The notes under the pieces were generated by a model. That model was not told the origin of the DNA. It was given only the letters and a program-made list of their open reading frames with translations, and ran no database searches. The position numbers and the translations under genes are program-made. Shown in pieces: positions 62,597 through 64,000 of a stretch of DNA of 64,000 nucleotides (positions are counted from its first letter, which is position 1; every line of letters begins with the position of its first letter). Source of the stretch: Limnobaculum allomyrinae (GTDB lineage Bacteria > Pseudomonadota > Gammaproteobacteria > Enterobacterales > Enterobacteriaceae); contig NZ_JADRCR010000007.1 of the NCBI RefSeq assembly GCF_016649425.1, positions 151,934 to 215,933 on the forward strand, written 5' to 3'.

Positions 62597-63610
62597 TTAC
62601 TCATAGGTTACATTCAAAATAGCGACACTATTTGCCTGTCCCGGCATGACTTTTGTCAGGGTTTGGTAATAGCGAGTCTTGAATGTAACCCGTTCCGTAG
62701 TTAACGCCGAATTTACCAGCTCAATTGGCTGATTAAGCCTTAATGGTTGTGAGTTATAGAGTATTTGAACGCCAAGACCACTGGCGATTCCAGGTGAACC
62801 TTCATTAGTTAATGCCAATACACTATCATCACCCACATCGGTACTCGGCACACCTTCCAACGTTGCCGCAATTTTAGCGCTTTCATTTCCGGTACAGTTA
62901 AAATCAACATTAAAGGTATTTTCAGTGCTTGTTGGGCCAATTTGATTCAGTGTTCCCGCATAAACGTCTCCAAGTGAGACCGGAACATTAGGCGTTGTGG
63001 TATTACAGGTTAAGGACTGCACGACTATATTTGTTGTGCCTGGAATAGAAAGTTGTGATGTGAATGTGCTGCTGTAATAGTAAACAAACAGTCCTGAGTT
63101 AGGGAGCGTGACCGCTACTGGCTGAATAGTATCGACGACAATCAACTCTACTCGATACATCATTGTTGAAGGGTATGAGGTACCAACAACAAAATTAGGA
63201 GAAAATGGCACATCAACTTGAGGGTAATATCCTGTAGCTGAATATGAAAGGTTCGTGGTATTAGAATAATGTATCCTCATGCCAATTGAGGGATTACTGG
63301 TAGCATAAACACCATCGTAACCTGAGATTGATGTCATTGGATATTCATAACCAACCCGTGTCTTATTCCCTCCCTGAATGCATCTAACTGACGTCGAACC
63401 AGCGTTATACCATTCACTATCCCAAATAGTCGTTCCCGGTTGAATATTTCTCTTTACTGAAATAGTTGCCGGTAAGCTGATTGTGCCATCAACCTTACCG
63501 CCTGAGCCATCAAATAAACAGTCAGCATTCGCTACCGTACTACACAAAAGTCCGAAGGCTAGTAACAACATGATATAAATTATCTTTTGCCAATAAATAT
63601 TACGATTCAT
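62597..63610 (-). CDS. Chaperone-usher fimbrial tip adhesin (two-domain, about 338 aa)
   Basis: Start at MNRNIYWQK (SD aggaag). Signal peptide ...STVANADC. The C-terminus ...NSVAILNVTYE is a typical pilin donor-strand-accepting terminus. Its length fits lectin-plus-pilin adhesins. The ORF track's upstream extension lacks an RBS. Confidence 0.7.
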   Translation of the reverse strand: MNRNIYWQKIIYIMLLLAFGLLCSTVANADCLFDGSGGKVDGTISLPATISVKRNIQPGTTIWDSEWYNAGSTSVRCIQGGNKTRVGYEYPMTSISGYDGVYATSNPSIGMRIHYSNTTNLSYSATGYYPQVDVPFSPNFVVGTSYPSTMMYRVELIVVDTIQPVAVTLPNSGLFVYYYSSTFTSQLSIPGTTNIVVQSLTCNTTTPNVPVSLGDVYAGTLNQIGPTSTENTFNVDFNCTGNESAKIAATLEGVPSTDVGDDSVLALTNEGSPGIASGLGVQILYNSQPLRLNQPIELVNSALTTERVTFKTRYYQTLTKVMPGQANSVAILNVTYE

Positions 63611-63683
63611 ATTAATCTTCCTGCTTAACACCTTGTTATGTATGACTATCCCATTAACACCATTTTCATTATCTATATAAATA

Positions 63684-64000
63684 TCAGTCATATATAAAAG
63701 TAACCAACATCGCACCAGAAATGCTGCCTGATGTTGCATTTCCAGTGGTGCTATAAACACGAGCCAGAAAATCAAAATCGGCTGAATGTGTTAGCGATGA
63801 AACGCCTTTAATCCAACGCCCATCTACTGGCGACAGAGAGTTATCACTCCAGACAGAGTTTGCTGGTATCACTTTTATACCGATATTCTGTGCGCTTCCC
63901 GTACTGCCATATCCCGAATTATCATCCGGATAAGGTAGACCGGAGAATTGAGCGGTTACGGAGGTTGTGCTTTCGGGACAATCCTTAACGGTAATTCTAA
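63684..64000 (-). CDS. Fimbrial minor subunit, C-terminal part (partial; gene continues beyond window end)
   Basis: The frame is open from 64000 to the stop at 63684 by manual translation: ...ITVKDCPESTTSVTAQFSGLPYPDDNSGYGSTGSAQNIGIKVIPANSVWSD...GSISGAMLVTFIYD. The Cys and the alternating hydrophobic C-terminal strand are pilin-like. The ORF track shows only the part after an internal GTG. Confidence 0.55.
   Translation of the reverse strand, partial: RITVKDCPESTTSVTAQFSGLPYPDDNSGYGSTGSAQNIGIKVIPANSVWSDNSLSPVDGRWIKGVSSLTHSADFDFLARVYSTTGNATSGSISGAMLVTFIYD

Overview
This is a 64-kb chromosomal window from a gamma-proteobacterium in Enterobacterales, with roughly 40-46% GC overall; I cannot assign the genus from sequence alone. 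The first ~30 kb is a conserved housekeeping backbone that matches the E. coli dmsA-serS-rarA-lolA-ftsK-lrp / trxB-cydDC-aat-infA / clpAS / ybjD-lysO(ybjE)-hcp-hcr-ybjT-amiD neighbourhood. Relative to E. coli, cspD-macAB-ybjX, aqpZ and poxB-ltaE are absent. From about 29.8 kb onward the window is accessory. It contains (i) a module made of NfeD-like YqiJ, a flotillin (YqiK-like), a 1.65-kDa-scale giant protein ending in a MoxR/AAA_5-type ATPase domain, a tightly coupled rhomboid intramembrane protease and a single-HKD PLD/Nuc-like gene. It contains (ii) a three-lipoprotein operon (TPR-like, LpoB/GNA1162-fold, CsgG-like). It also carries (iii) an iron-type alcohol dehydrogenase, an orphan Hha/YmoA-family gene next to a 0.76-kb AT-rich silent tract, and a YbjP-like lipoprotein. 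Finally (iv) a ~12.4-kb island sits in the 3' end of a tRNA-Asn gene (tRNA at 46842-46917; 16-bp direct repeat plus duplicated tRNA-flank terminator at 59339-59397). The island has a truncated P4-type integrase, a Ner/Nlp-like regulator divergent from two tandem paralogous XRE regulators, and a co-directional operon of four large uncharacterised proteins (651/629/622/1173 aa). None of the four has an NTPase motif, two carry PD-(D/E)xK nuclease-like signatures, and GC content falls progressively along the operon. I could not match these four proteins to any defence or toxin system I know, so this operon is my best candidate for the undescribed system. Downstream lie a Cache-HAMP-(degenerate GGDEF)-EAL c-di-GMP phosphodiesterase, a second tRNA-Asn copy, and the 3' end of a chaperone-usher fimbrial operon (tip adhesin plus a partial minor subunit). 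No CRISPR array, rRNA or intact IS element was seen.
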